From Limnochordia bacterium (GTDB taxonomy: Bacteria > Bacillota > Limnochordia > DTU080), in contig JBMNJG010000012.1 of the NCBI GenBank assembly GCA_050951545.1, positions 192,001 through 256,000 of the forward strand: a stretch of DNA of 64,000 nucleotides, in the 5' to 3' direction. The position numbers and the translations under genes were made by a program. Below the pieces are notes generated by a model. That model was not told the origin of the DNA. It saw only the letters and a program-made list of their open reading frames with translations, and did no database searches. Below are positions 51,547 through 61,672 of the stretch, one piece after another (position 1 is the stretch's first letter; each line of letters begins with the position of its first letter).

Positions 51547-51948
51547 CTATGGGTTCTTGTCGTGGCGGGCCAGCTCACTCCTGAGAAGTCTCCAGGTGAA
51601 GGCGGCCACAGCCGCATCGTCGAGCCATCCCAATAAGGGGTAAATTGCCCCGGGCAACACATCAATCGGACTGATCACGTACAGCACCCCTAGGAGTATG
51701 GCTGCCTTACGCCACTGCGGGATGCCCGGGTCTGAGAAGTACCGGATGACAGCTGGTAGAATGCCAAACACTCCCTCGCTGCCCCGCGTCTCTTGACGTG
51801 ATACGCGTCCTTTGAAAACACCTTCCACACGAGAGGTCTGTTCCTTTGTGGTCTCTTCATCGCTACTCTCGGCTGGCCTGGCTCGGCGTCCACAGTATGG
51901 GCATACCTTGGCAAGCGCGATTTTCTGCCCACAGTTCAGGCATCTCAC
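51547..51948 (-). CDS. YkvA/DUF1232-family membrane protein with N-terminal zinc-ribbon
   Basis: CLNC...CPYC; P.WRKA....LYVISPIDVLP....LGWLDD motif. Confidence 0.82.
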   Translation of the reverse strand: MRCLNCGQKIALAKVCPYCGRRARPAESSDEETTKEQTSRVEGVFKGRVSRQETRGSEGVFGILPAVIRYFSDPGIPQWRKAAILLGVLYVISPIDVLPGAIYPLLGWLDDAAVAAFTWRLLRSELARHDKNP

Positions 51949-52006
51949 AAGAAGTCGCCTCTTCCCTACCTGCCCATCCGGCTTCAAGGGATCTCGTTGC
52001 CATTGG

Positions 52007-52399
52007 TCAGGCGTCTACCTTTTCACAGTAGCTGATTTCTAAGGCAGTCCGAATGCCTCGAGTCTCAAAGACTTGCTCGTAGCGGACCACTGGGCTGTCC
52101 GTCGCGATGCGCAGGCTGCGAGCAACATCGGCCACTACCACTTCTAGGTTGCGCTACACGACCTGTGTAATACCTGGCTTCTTGAGTCTCAACAACGCTA
52201 CCAACGACCCGTCGCTGGCCATGCTACGAGCGTGGTCGCGACGTAGCTTAGCTAAGGAGACGCCACGTTCCGAGAGGGCGGTGCGCACATAACGCGGTGT
52301 CGTCTTGACCACCGCAGCAGTGTCCGAGATACGCACAAAAGGATCGACATGCGCCAGCCGTAGTATCTGCTCTTTCTTGGTGGCTGGCACGGTATTCAT
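52007..52399 (-). pseudogene. HTH + UTRA-like regulator interrupted by in-frame TAG at 52154-52156
   Basis: 81-aa ORF (KKEQILRLA..DPF.RISD.A..V.TTPRYVRT.LS, HTH-like) continues in the same frame for 48 codons that look UTRA-like (VARSLRIATDSPVVRYEQ...ALEISY) to TGA 52007. Confidence 0.55.
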
Positions 52400-52510
52400 G
52401 ATGTCGATGTTCCCTCATATGAGCTCGCCCTGGGCATGCTATAGCTATGTAGGCGGCACCAGGGTCTTTCTGCAGGAGACAGGGAAATCCTGCCTCAGTT
52501 CAATGGAGTT

Positions 52511-52900
52511 CTAGGCCAGTCCCTTCGCCTGGACAGCCTCTGCGAGCTCGGTGACGATAAGCTCTGCTGTGGCAATGTTGGTGGCTAGAGGTACATCGTG
52601 GACATCGCAAACACGTAGGAGAGCTGTGATGTCAGGTTCGTGTGGCTGTGCTGTTAGCGGATCGCGCAGGAATATGACCGCACTAATGAGGCCTGCGGCG
52701 ACTTCAGCACCAATCTGTTGATCGCCACCATAGGGGCCCGATAGCATCCTGTGTACCGTAAGGCCAGTCGCGCCCTGTATCACTTTCCCAGTGGTACCAG
52801 TAGCCACCAGCTGAAAGCGGCTCAGTGTCGTGCGATGACGGTCACAGAACTCAACCATGGCGGCCTTTTTCTGATCATGAGCGATCAATGCAATACGCAA
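52511..52900 (-). CDS. mgsA: Methylglyoxal synthase
   Basis: [43 protein letters not shown]. Confidence 0.96.
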   Translation of the reverse strand: MRIALIAHDQKKAAMVEFCDRHRTTLSRFQLVATGTTGKVIQGATGLTVHRMLSGPYGGDQQIGAEVAAGLISAVIFLRDPLTAQPHEPDITALLRVCDVHDVPLATNIATAELIVTELAEAVQAKGLA

Positions 52901-52912
52901 TCAACTACCCCC

Positions 52913-53536
52913 TCAGTGGTCTGCAGGTGCGTCTACGTCTCCAAGAAGTCGTGTCCAGAGCCCTCGCACTTGAGACTGCGTGGCAACCAACGAGCAAGAG
53001 TTGTCTATCACTGCGTCGGCCAAACGCCTCTTCTCATCCAAAGGCATCTGAGCCCTTATGCGTTGTAGGGCGTCCTGCCGAGAGAGACCATCGCGGTGCA
53101 TGAGACGATGGATCTGCAGCGATTCCGGTACCCAGACTACAATCGTGTAGTCACATAGGTGAAGAATCTCCGGTGTCTCAAATAACAGTGGCACGTCGAG
53201 GACGACAGGAAAGGTCTGGTTCTGTGACTCGAGGGCATACAGCTGCTCCCGCATCCTCGCTACGATGCGGGGATGGGTGATCTCCTCGAGGCGACGTCGC
53301 TTAGCAGGAGATCCAAAGACGATTCTGCCAAGAGCGGCACGGTCGAGGCTGCCGTCGGGGTTGAGTACTGGTGGCCCAAACTCTTCAGCGATCTCTGCCA
53401 GAGCTTCTCTCCCCGAAGCTACCACTTCGCGAGCCAGTTGGTCAGCATCAATGACCTGTGCACCATAGGCAGCAAGCATGCTGGTCACTGTACTCTTGCC
53501 AGAGGCGATGCCTCCAGTAAGCCCTAAGACGAGCAT
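52913..53536 (-). CDS. coaE: Dephospho-CoA kinase
   Basis: GLTGGIASGKST, IDAD, LDRAALG, THP, DVPLLFE, RI.AQM; start overlaps the mutM stop. Confidence 0.95.
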   Translation of the reverse strand: MLVLGLTGGIASGKSTVTSMLAAYGAQVIDADQLAREVVASGREALAEIAEEFGPPVLNPDGSLDRAALGRIVFGSPAKRRRLEEITHPRIVARMREQLYALESQNQTFPVVLDVPLLFETPEILHLCDYTIVVWVPESLQIHRLMHRDGLSRQDALQRIRAQMPLDEKRRLADAVIDNSCSLVATQSQVRGLWTRLLGDVDAPADH

Positions 53537-54354
53537 CACAGTTGACAATGCGGGCAGAATGTAGTGCCGCGCCCGGCGACTTTCAGGCGTTCGAGAACGC
53601 TTCCGCAACGCAGACAGGGCTCTCCAGCCCGTCCGTAGACTAGCAGATGGTGCTGGTTTGCACCAGGCTGCCCGTCCCCATCCATGAAATCACGCAATGT
53701 GGTACCTCCGTTCTCTAAGGCCGTCATCAGTGAAGACTGTATAGCCAACCACAGGCGCTCTACTTCGCTGCTGTTGAGTTCACCGCAGGATCGTTGAGGA
53801 TGAAGGCTGGCTCGAAACAGGCTCTCATCACAGTAGATATTGCCCAGGCCGGCGATTCGTCGCTGATCGAGCAAGGCCGCCTTGATCTGCATCTTCCTTC
53901 CCTGGAGGATGGTAGCCAGGGCCTCGGGAGTGAACCCAGGAGACAGAGGCTCTATTCCGACATCGGCAATGCTTACCCATTGCGCTTCATCCTGCGCCCA
54001 GAAGACTCTTCCAAACTTGCGCTGATCGACAAAACGCAGTTCGTGCGCGTTGTCTAGCCCTATAGCGAGGCGCAGATGCCCATCGCGAGGCATCTGCACG
54101 GGATGGACCGACAGCCTTCCGGTCATGCGCAGGTGGACCACGAGATAGCTGGTCTCGTCTAGTTGCAGGCCCAGAAACTTGCCGCGTCTGGCGGCTCCAG
54201 TGAACCTAGCGCTTACCAGATGACTGCGCAGGTCAACGGGCGCGATTCCAGCGAGGGTTTTTTCCCAGAAGACCTCTACAGAGGTGACTGAACGGTTCAG
54301 GAGATGAGGTAGAAGCGTGAGCCGTACACACTCGACCTCAGGAAGTTCCGGCAT
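53536..54354 (-). CDS. mutM: Formamidopyrimidine-DNA glycosylase
   Basis: MPELPEVE, RRGKF, HLRMTG, LLDQ..IAGLGNIY, C-terminal CLRC...CPHCQ zinc finger. Confidence 0.97.
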   Translation of the reverse strand: MPELPEVECVRLTLLPHLLNRSVTSVEVFWEKTLAGIAPVDLRSHLVSARFTGAARRGKFLGLQLDETSYLVVHLRMTGRLSVHPVQMPRDGHLRLAIGLDNAHELRFVDQRKFGRVFWAQDEAQWVSIADVGIEPLSPGFTPEALATILQGRKMQIKAALLDQRRIAGLGNIYCDESLFRASLHPQRSCGELNSSEVERLWLAIQSSLMTALENGGTTLRDFMDGDGQPGANQHHLLVYGRAGEPCLRCGSVLERLKVAGRGTTFCPHCQL

Positions 54355-57043
54355 GCGGTATCTCCCCAGTATCAAGCCAGTTTGGGCCAGCCCCTATGTC
54401 GACCGCCAACGGCACTCGCAGTGGATAGGCTGTCTCCATTTCCTCACGAATAAGGGCAGTTGCCTCGTGGACCTCATCTTTGGGTGCCTCAAAGACGAGT
54501 TCGTCGTGAACCTGAAGCAACATGCGTGTGCCAAGACCCTCGCTTTCTAGTCGCGAGTGGATCTTGAGCATGGCCAACTTGATGATATCAGCGGCAGATC
54601 CTTGGATAGGGGTATTCATGGCTGTTCGTTCAGCAAAGCTGCGTTCCTGCCAGCGTCGACTCCGTATTGCCGGAAGATAGCGCCGCCTCCCCAAGATTGT
54701 CGTGACGTATCCGCGACTACGTGCTTCAGCGACCGTCTCTTGCATATAGAGCTTGACTCCCGGATAGCGCTCAAAGTAGCTATCGATATAGGCCTGGGCC
54801 TCTTTGCGAGTCAGACCTGTGCCTCTAGCCAACCCGAAGCTGGAGATGCCATAGACGATGCCGAAGTTTATCGCTTTCGCGGCACTACGCATCTCTGGGG
54901 TTACCTCTAGAAAGGATACTCCAAAGACTTCAGCAGCGGTTTTGGTATGAATGTCTGCCCCTTCGCCAAACGCAGCTACCAGATTCTCATCGCCTGACAA
55001 GTGAGCCAAGACTCGCAATTCGATCTGTGAATAGTCAGCTGAGATCAGCAGCGCATCTTGCCTCTCTGGGACGAAGCAACTCCTGATCTGACGCCCCATA
55101 GCAGTGCGAATGGGGATATTCTGCAGGTTTGGGTGCGTGCTCGAAAGACGCCCGGTGGCTGCTATGGCTTGGTTAAACGTGGTGTGGATGCGGCCAGTCT
55201 GCTCATTGATCTGAGTAGGCAGCGCATCAACATAGGTGCCAGTGAGTTTCACCAGTTGCCGGTAGTCCAGCACTAGTCCAGGCAGTTCGTGGTAGTCAGC
55301 CAGTTCCTCTAAGACTTCAGCAGACGTAGAACGGCCTGTCTTTGTGCTCCTTACTACGGGGAGCTGCAGGCGGTCGAACAGGATCGCCGCAAGCTGCTTC
55401 GGAGAGTTGATATTGAACTCTCCGCCCGCGGCTGAGTAGATGGCGTCGGTGAGTTGGGCGATCTCAGCCGCCATTTCCTTTGACATTTCGGCAAGGCGTT
55501 GGCGATCCACTCGAACGCCTTCTCGTTCCATGTGGGCTAGGACCACAGTCAGTGGTATCTCGAGATCGCGGTAGAGCCCTTCGAGTGCCCGATCAGTCAG
55601 AGCTTCGGTTAGTGCAGGTTGCACAGTACGTAGCAAGTTATGGTACTGCTGGACGGCAAAGAGAGACTGCTCCGGTGACTCAGCGAAGTCCCAAATCGGG
55701 TCAGAAAGCGCGGAAGACCACTCCAGTCCATGGCGCGTAGCGATGTCAGCTAGTGAGTGGTCTCCCTGCGATGGATTGACCAGATAGGAGGCGAGAAAAA
55801 GATCGTCTATCGCCTGCATGTCGGCGGGTTGAGGCAGAGTTCCGCCCGCTTGCGCCATGGCCAGAAGTTGCGACTTCAGGTCGTGCGTGTGCATGCCTCG
55901 ACCCGAGACAAGAAAGGCAAGAAACTCTGACGGGTCGCTGGCGTCTCCCCAGAGAAAGCGCTCCCTGTCTGAAGCAGTATAAGCGAGGCCACCGTCTGAG
56001 ACCGACAGGACGAGAAAGGAAATCGGCTCTTGCAGTGAAGAGGCGTGACGGACCCACTCGCCCTTACCTACGAATGTATGGGGAAGCTCGCATGCCTGTT
56101 GAGAATCTACTGTCACGATCTCGCCTGGCAGGGAAAGCTGCTGAGGTCTAGCGCTACCTTGATCTTCAATTCCGAGACGTCGATGCAGCTGGTCAAGAAG
56201 AGATCGAGCCTCTAGTTTCATGAACAAGTCAGTGAGTTTGGCCACCTGAGGGGACTTGCGCTCGGAGGCATCCCAATCGATGGCGATTGGTACCTCAGTC
56301 TCGATGGTCGCGAGGGCCTTGCTCAAGACAGCTGTATCTCGGTGGCGGCGCAACGCTTCGCCTGCTCTTCCGGGCAGTGTGGCGGCCTTGTCCAGCAGCT
56401 CCTCAAGAGAGGCGTGTTCTTGCAGGAGCTTCGTGGCTGTCTTTGCTCCGATACCAGCGACGCCGGGAATGTTGTCAGACTTATCGCCCACGAGGGCCTT
56501 CCAGTCAGGCACTTGCTGCGGGGTAACGCCCATCGTCTTCTGCACCAGCTCGGGGTTGAAACGCTCCATGTCGGTGATGCCTCGACGGGTAATAAGCACT
56601 TCGATGCCTGGACGCACCAACTGCAAAGCGTCTTTGTCTCCTGTGACAATAACCACCGGACAACCAGCCTCATGCGCCTGCCGGGCGAGGGTCCCGAGAA
56701 TGTCGTCGGCCTCGTATCCCTCGAGTTGACTACTGCCGATATTATGCGCTTCCACGAGTTCGTGCACAATGGGTATCTGGGTGCGTAGTTCCTCGGCCAT
56801 CGAGGGTCGGGTTGCTTTGTAGGCCTCAAAAGCAGCATGACGAAAAGTAGGTGCTGCGCAATCGAAGGCGACCACAACATAGTCTGGTTGCTCATCATCG
56901 AGTAGACGATTGAGCATGGTGGCAAAACCGTAGACCGCGTTGGTGTGCATGCCAGACGACGTTGTCATCGTCGGGAGAGCGTGAAACGCCCGATGTAGTA
57001 GACTGTGACCATCAATCAGCATGAACTTTCCTTTTTTGTGCAC
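54338..57043 (-). CDS. polA: DNA polymerase I
   Basis: LIDGHSL..RAF, EADD, GDKSDNIPGV, TGRLSS..PNLQNIP, DYSQIELR, AKAINFG.VYG, LQVHDEL; GTG start 57043 after GGGGGAG. Confidence 0.97.
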   Translation of the reverse strand: MHKKGKFMLIDGHSLLHRAFHALPTMTTSSGMHTNAVYGFATMLNRLLDDEQPDYVVVAFDCAAPTFRHAAFEAYKATRPSMAEELRTQIPIVHELVEAHNIGSSQLEGYEADDILGTLARQAHEAGCPVVIVTGDKDALQLVRPGIEVLITRRGITDMERFNPELVQKTMGVTPQQVPDWKALVGDKSDNIPGVAGIGAKTATKLLQEHASLEELLDKAATLPGRAGEALRRHRDTAVLSKALATIETEVPIAIDWDASERKSPQVAKLTDLFMKLEARSLLDQLHRRLGIEDQGSARPQQLSLPGEIVTVDSQQACELPHTFVGKGEWVRHASSLQEPISFLVLSVSDGGLAYTASDRERFLWGDASDPSEFLAFLVSGRGMHTHDLKSQLLAMAQAGGTLPQPADMQAIDDLFLASYLVNPSQGDHSLADIATRHGLEWSSALSDPIWDFAESPEQSLFAVQQYHNLLRTVQPALTEALTDRALEGLYRDLEIPLTVVLAHMEREGVRVDRQRLAEMSKEMAAEIAQLTDAIYSAAGGEFNINSPKQLAAILFDRLQLPVVRSTKTGRSTSAEVLEELADYHELPGLVLDYRQLVKLTGTYVDALPTQINEQTGRIHTTFNQAIAATGRLSSTHPNLQNIPIRTAMGRQIRSCFVPERQDALLISADYSQIELRVLAHLSGDENLVAAFGEGADIHTKTAAEVFGVSFLEVTPEMRSAAKAINFGIVYGISSFGLARGTGLTRKEAQAYIDSYFERYPGVKLYMQETVAEARSRGYVTTILGRRRYLPAIRSRRWQERSFAERTAMNTPIQGSAADIIKLAMLKIHSRLESEGLGTRMLLQVHDELVFEAPKDEVHEATALIREEMETAYPLRVPLAVDIGAGPNWLDTGEIPHAGTS

Positions 57044-57311
57044 CGCAACTCCCCCGCTGGTGTGGCCTTCCAAACACACAGTGATATGGAAAAGCCCATT
57101 TCCTGCTACGTACAGTATAATGACAGCCGTGACATACGTCCACTCGATCAGTTGCTCTTCCAGTGATGTATGCTTCTGGTCTGGGCGGGAGAATCCCACA
57201 ATGGTGCCTTTCATTACCGCAAGGCAACCACGCGGTGGCGTCGAACAGAGCTGTGAGTATGGTACATTCCGGCACTGCGCCGATTCAGATTATGAGAAAG
57301 GGGTATGCTAC

Positions 57312-58511
57312 ATGCGCCGATCCATGAGTGCCGCAATCATCGGGTGCGCTGCAGTGCTGCTGTTGAGCTTCGGGCAGCTGGCCAGTGCTGCTCAAGGCTT
57401 CAAGGATCTCTCTGGCAATTGGGCTAGTGAACACGTGTTGGCCTTGGCGCGCAAAGGCGTTATAGGGGGGTATCCTGATGGCACGTTTCGCCCTAACGCC
57501 ACTGTTACTCGCGCCGAACTGGCAAAGATGGTTGTCAAGGCGCTCGCATTGCCGACAGCATCGAAGCATAGTTTTCGAGATGCACAGAGGCACTGGGCCA
57601 GCAATGATATAGCTGCCATGAGAGAAGCTAAGCTGATCAACGGCTACGAAGACGGTACCTTTCGGCCTGATCAGAAGATCAACCGTGCTGAGATCACTGC
57701 CATAGTAGTGCGCACGCTCAATATCAGCGATGTGGTGGAGGCACAAGAGCTGGAGAACACTGCTTTCTCTGACATCGCTGTCACTCACTGGGCGTCCCGA
57801 GTCATCACTGCTGCCAATAGGCTGGACATTCTCCCCCCATACTTTAAGGGTCGTTTTCGTCCGAACGAACGGGCCACCCGTGCCGAAGCGGCTGCGCTAA
57901 TCAATGGTGCACTGCGTCTTCAGGTTGTGGAGGGGCAGATCGACTATTCAGATCCGACCAGGTATGTGATGAGCGTCAAGACCGATGACAGCACACTGCG
58001 GGATTTTACGATATCTCCGTCGGTAACGGTATATCGTAATGCTAGGCTGACCGAAGCAGATGCTCTAAAAGATGGCGACACGGTGCATTTGGTAGCAGAT
58101 CGCTTTGGTACCCCTGTATACGTCAAGGCACGCGGCACAGCGACTCGCGACGAAGTGGTGGCGCGGGCCAGCGACCTAACGAGAGGTCTCCTCACGCCCG
58201 ACCAACTCAAGGCCGTGATACGACGTGATTGGGGAGCCGTAGCCAGTGGATTCCAGACTACCTTGTACAACCAGCTTTTGGAGGCTGGGGCAACCCCGCC
58301 AGAGGCTGAAGCCATCATGCAGCAGGACTGGCAGTCGCTCGGAGACATGGGGCGTTCACGTCTTGCTGAGGCTCTATCCAGTTCGCTGGGCATCTCAAAA
58401 GAGCTAGTTGTGACGCTATTTGCCAGGGATTGGCAGCGAGCCAAGGAGCTGGCTCAGACTGAGGCTACAGAGCTTTTGCTCAGTCAGTTGCTCTTCGGTC
58501 CGAACGTCTAA
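57312..58511 (+). CDS. Exported S-layer homology (SLH) domain protein
   Basis: Signal peptide and three SLH repeats (GYPDGTFRPN..TRAE, GYEDGTFRPD..NRAE, FRPN..TRAE). Confidence 0.88.
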   Translation: MRRSMSAAIIGCAAVLLLSFGQLASAAQGFKDLSGNWASEHVLALARKGVIGGYPDGTFRPNATVTRAELAKMVVKALALPTASKHSFRDAQRHWASNDIAAMREAKLINGYEDGTFRPDQKINRAEITAIVVRTLNISDVVEAQELENTAFSDIAVTHWASRVITAANRLDILPPYFKGRFRPNERATRAEAAALINGALRLQVVEGQIDYSDPTRYVMSVKTDDSTLRDFTISPSVTVYRNARLTEADALKDGDTVHLVADRFGTPVYVKARGTATRDEVVARASDLTRGLLTPDQLKAVIRRDWGAVASGFQTTLYNQLLEAGATPPEAEAIMQQDWQSLGDMGRSRLAEALSSSLGISKELVVTLFARDWQRAKELAQTEATELLLSQLLFGPNV

Positions 58512-60127
58512 GAGCTATCGCTTGGTGACTCCCGGGCGTCTCGCAGACGCCCGGGTCCGACATCTAGAGGGGCTCCCTGTGTGTGCAGTTCCAGGGTAGC
58601 GGAGAGATCGTCCCACAGAGTGGTTATCTCTGGGAAAAGGGCCAGCACCCTAGCCTGGGCTGCGTAGACCCGTCCGCCTTGCAGACATCCAGGTATCATG
58701 TTCTGGCCGAGGTAGACTTGGCCCTCTACTCGATCCCAGATGGGCGTCAGACCTAACCCTTCGGCTACCAGCCTAACGGGAAGCCAGACCTCGTCCTCAT
58801 ACCATAGGCCTGGGCTCGAATGCGTGCCCAGGCTAACCTGTGGACGACGCAACTCGGCCGTAGTGCGCCCGAGTTGCCATTCGATGCGGACTCCGAGTGC
58901 TGCAGCAAGGGTTGCATAAGGGGCGTAGGCTCTATCTGCTAAGATGCGACAATCTGAGATGGGGGTTCCACTTACGCGTGGAGCTCTTAAGGAAGCGTCC
59001 CAGCTTACTGGTACTCCCACGATAGATGCTAGAGCTTCCACTGAGACAAGGAGAGTCTCGGCTGCCAGGTAGGTACTCACTGCCAGGGATGCGCCGTTGC
59101 GCATAAGCGTCACGGGTACAAGTCTCCCCAGCTCTGTGTCCACCATCAGCCCAAACGCTGCGGCAGCGGACTCGAGCGGGGCGTACCCCTCGGTTCTGCC
59201 CGCTACCCTGCCTGTATCCCCTTCCCTGTCATCGAGTGTGCTCTTTCCTCCAAGAAGCCCTGCCAGGGCCTGTAAAGAGACAAACGTGTCACTATGGGTC
59301 TTGTAGGCTGGAATGCTGCCGTGGTCTACCACGTCAACCTCGGTGAGGATGGGCACGGGCATAGGCTCAGACATGGGGTGTGAGAGCATCCATGCCAAGG
59401 CTTCCATGTGGATGGGCTCATCAACGCCAAGTTGCTGCAGCCGTTCTAGGGCGCAGTTGGTGTCTATGCCACCATGACGGTAGATGTCCGGAAACACGTG
59501 CACCATAGGCCATTGAGCAACCGGATCATACCATATCAGCAGGGGCTGGTAGACAAAAGTGACAGGAGTCCCTACGGGAACAATCTTGGCCAGGTGCTCC
59601 ACGTCTTGGTTATGCATACGTATGCATCCAGCCGAGGCGGCACTGCCGATAGAGGACGGGTTGTTAGTACCGTGAATTCCATAGCCTTTCTGAGCAAGGC
59701 CCAGCCATCGGGATCCCACAGGGTTCCTAGGCCCCGGAGGGATGGGTTTCAGCCCCTTCTTGGCCCAGTCTGGCGGATAATATGTAGGGTTCTCAACCTT
59801 GTTGGTGATCCGGGTTGTAACGAGAACAGAGGGCGATACTTCCTTGCCTATGGCGATGGGATAGCGGCGAAGCAACTGACCGTTCTGGTACAAGAACAGC
59901 TGGAACGACGGAAGGTTGATCAGGATCTCATAGCCATCTTGACGCTCTCGTGAATCGCCTAGAAAGCGATACAGCGGGTCATTGAGCGATGGTGTAGGGT
60001 GAGCTGTGGCGGTCTTGTCTGGAAGTATGGGTTCAGGCGCCATAGCGAAGATAGCCCAGGATCGAGCAATAGCCATCAGTAGGCAAATGAATGTGAAGCA
60101 GTAACACTGACGGTCCCTGCAGAGCAT
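58508..60127 (-). CDS. L,D-transpeptidase (YkuD family) with C-terminal copper-amine-oxidase-N-like cell-envelope domains
   Basis: INLP...L.LY, YPIAIG, PPGP.NPVG.RW, YGIHGTN..SIG..S.GCIRM; C-terminal LPVR.VAEGLG...WD repeats. Start uncertain. Confidence 0.85.
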   Translation of the reverse strand: MLCRDRQCYCFTFICLLMAIARSWAIFAMAPEPILPDKTATAHPTPSLNDPLYRFLGDSRERQDGYEILINLPSFQLFLYQNGQLLRRYPIAIGKEVSPSVLVTTRITNKVENPTYYPPDWAKKGLKPIPPGPRNPVGSRWLGLAQKGYGIHGTNNPSSIGSAASAGCIRMHNQDVEHLAKIVPVGTPVTFVYQPLLIWYDPVAQWPMVHVFPDIYRHGGIDTNCALERLQQLGVDEPIHMEALAWMLSHPMSEPMPVPILTEVDVVDHGSIPAYKTHSDTFVSLQALAGLLGGKSTLDDREGDTGRVAGRTEGYAPLESAAAAFGLMVDTELGRLVPVTLMRNGASLAVSTYLAAETLLVSVEALASIVGVPVSWDASLRAPRVSGTPISDCRILADRAYAPYATLAAALGVRIEWQLGRTTAELRRPQVSLGTHSSPGLWYEDEVWLPVRLVAEGLGLTPIWDRVEGQVYLGQNMIPGCLQGGRVYAAQARVLALFPEITTLWDDLSATLELHTQGAPLDVGPGRLRDARESPSDSS

Positions 60128-60342
60128 ATGTGTCAGGCGCTCTCTTCTGAGAATCCTTCCACGTTGCATCACCGACGTGAGCGCCCCTCTATGCAGTGGT
60201 TGTAGCGGGTAGTCGGGGCCCACTCGCGGCCGTGGTTACCTGATCTTACTCACGCGGCCTGGCTGTCCTGCGTAGAAGAGAGTCGAACATCAGCGTTTTG
60301 TGGGGAGTGCTCTTGCCCAGGTAAAACAAGTGGAAGCGGAGC

Positions 60343-60371
60343 TTGTCACAGCAGCGTGACTGTGGTAGAAT
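60343..60371 (+). promoter_or_regulatory. SigA promoter of tRNA-Leu(CAA)
   Basis: TTGTCA-17nt-TAGAAT with extended TG. Confidence 0.75.
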
Positions 60372-60386
60372 TCCTCTAGGGTCTAG

Positions 60387-60473
60387 GCCGAAGTGGCGGA
60401 ATGGCAGACGCAGTCGACTCAAAATCGACCGGGGCGACCCCCCGTGAGGGTTCGACTCCCTCCTTCGGCACCA
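60387..60473 (+). tRNA. tRNA-Leu (anticodon CAA)
   Basis: Acceptor GCCGAAG/CTTCGGC-A-CCA, anticodon stem GTCGA/TCGAC with loop CTCAAAA, long variable arm, GGTTCGACTCC. Confidence 0.96.
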
Positions 60474-60485
60474 GACGACAGGCAG

Positions 60486-60520
60486 AACAGGGCTTCACCA
60501 GAGGCCCTGTTTTGGTTTGT
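60486..60520 (+). terminator. Intrinsic terminator after tRNA-Leu(CAA)
   Basis: AACAGGGC...GCCCTGTT-TTGGTTT. Confidence 0.7.
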
Positions 60521-60552
60521 CTACATGGGCTCTATAGGACACAGTACCTGAG

Positions 60553-61482
60553 TTAGATTCCGTGCTTGTCAATATGCAAGACTGCGGCCAGGGTCGCTTG
60601 CGTGGCCATGCGCACGTTGGCGATGTCGACGCGATCTGGAGTATCTCCCTCTAAGTGATACTGGCGGTCAGCGTACGGGTACGAACCGATGTTGCAGACT
60701 GCGCATCCGTAACCTGCTCGAACAAAGGACCCGTCGTCATCACCTGGAGCAGGTCGTTGGTACGACTCTTGCTCGAGGCCAATGGCATAGTACAGATTGA
60801 CCTCGGCGATGAGGTCAGCTACACGCTTTCCTTGGGGTTCTGTGTAGAGGGTGACATTGGTCTTCTTCTCTTCAGCGATGGCTTCATCGGACTTGCCACC
60901 CAGTGAATCGAGGTTGATCACACTGATTAGGTGGTCGTTTCTCTCTCGCGCCCGGCGAGCGGCGGTGATGCTGGTCCACGGGGTGTGCTCTTCATTGCAG
61001 AAAAGGAAGCGGACAGTTCTTTTGGTGGGATAGGTGGCGAGTAGCCGGGCTAGTTCCAGCAGAGCCACGGTACCCACTCCGTTATCATAGGCTCCAGGTG
61101 AGTCAATCCAGCTTTGGGAATCCTTATGGGCCAGTAGCAGGATGATCTCATCAGGAATTCGCTGTCCAGTCTTGTGTCCATAGAGGTTGAAGACGGTATA
61201 GGCAGGGCTGTCTGGCGGAGGGGGCGCATACTGGTGACGTTTGGGCTTGTGTAGGTCACGGCCAAACGGCTTGACGAGACACGGCTCGCGCCCCACGCAG
61301 TACCCGTAGCCTGTGAGCTGGGTGACGATATATCTGTCTGTCTCTTCTAGGGTGGGTACACTGCGGCCAGGGATGGTGTAGTTGACCTTGCGGAAGGGCA
61401 ATGGGTGCCGAGCGATGTAGAGCAGATGACTATTCATCCTGGCCTCGTCAACTTGTGTAAGCATCTGGCTGACATGTATCAT
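60553..61482 (-). CDS. M28-family zinc peptidase
   Basis: AHKDS, PGAYDNGVG, FCNEE, INLDS, YHLEGDT; ATG after AAGGAGG. Confidence 0.85.
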   Translation of the reverse strand: MIHVSQMLTQVDEARMNSHLLYIARHPLPFRKVNYTIPGRSVPTLEETDRYIVTQLTGYGYCVGREPCLVKPFGRDLHKPKRHQYAPPPPDSPAYTVFNLYGHKTGQRIPDEIILLLAHKDSQSWIDSPGAYDNGVGTVALLELARLLATYPTKRTVRFLFCNEEHTPWTSITAARRARERNDHLISVINLDSLGGKSDEAIAEEKKTNVTLYTEPQGKRVADLIAEVNLYYAIGLEQESYQRPAPGDDDGSFVRAGYGCAVCNIGSYPYADRQYHLEGDTPDRVDIANVRMATQATLAAVLHIDKHGI

Positions 61483-61560
61483 GCCAACCCCTCCTTCACT
61501 GAGCATCACGTCTCAGTTACTGTTCGTCGCGTGATCTTTATCGCCCTTGGATAAGCACAT

Positions 61561-61590
61561 CTGCCGCCTACTCACGTGGGTAGGCGGCAG
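61561..61590. other. Strong stem-loop downstream of solute-binding protein gene
   Basis: CTGCCGCCTAC/GTAGGCGGCAG perfect 11-bp stem. Confidence 0.55.
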
Positions 61591-61672
61591 TGTCTGTGCA
61601 GGTGGAGGGGAGTTGCTGAAGGCTTGCCGTAGAGGTGTTCTCCAAGGCGTGCCTTCCTTCATAGAGCCAATG

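Noticed and set aside
52154-52156. Genome-wide amber recoding (pyrrolysine or TAG reassignment)
   Set aside because: Many conserved genes here (def, priA, yloC, ileS, hemL) end at TAG at their expected C-termini.
43954-52399. Accessory-looking genes after tRNA-Leu(GAG) (and after tRNA-Leu(CAA)) as an integrated island
   Set aside because: No integrase, no duplicated tRNA 3' end and no obvious compositional shift seen.
57021-57214. Apparent head-to-head overlap of polA and SLH ORFs
   Set aside because: Artefact of longest-ORF start calls; RBS-supported starts are 57043 (polA) and 57312 (SLH).
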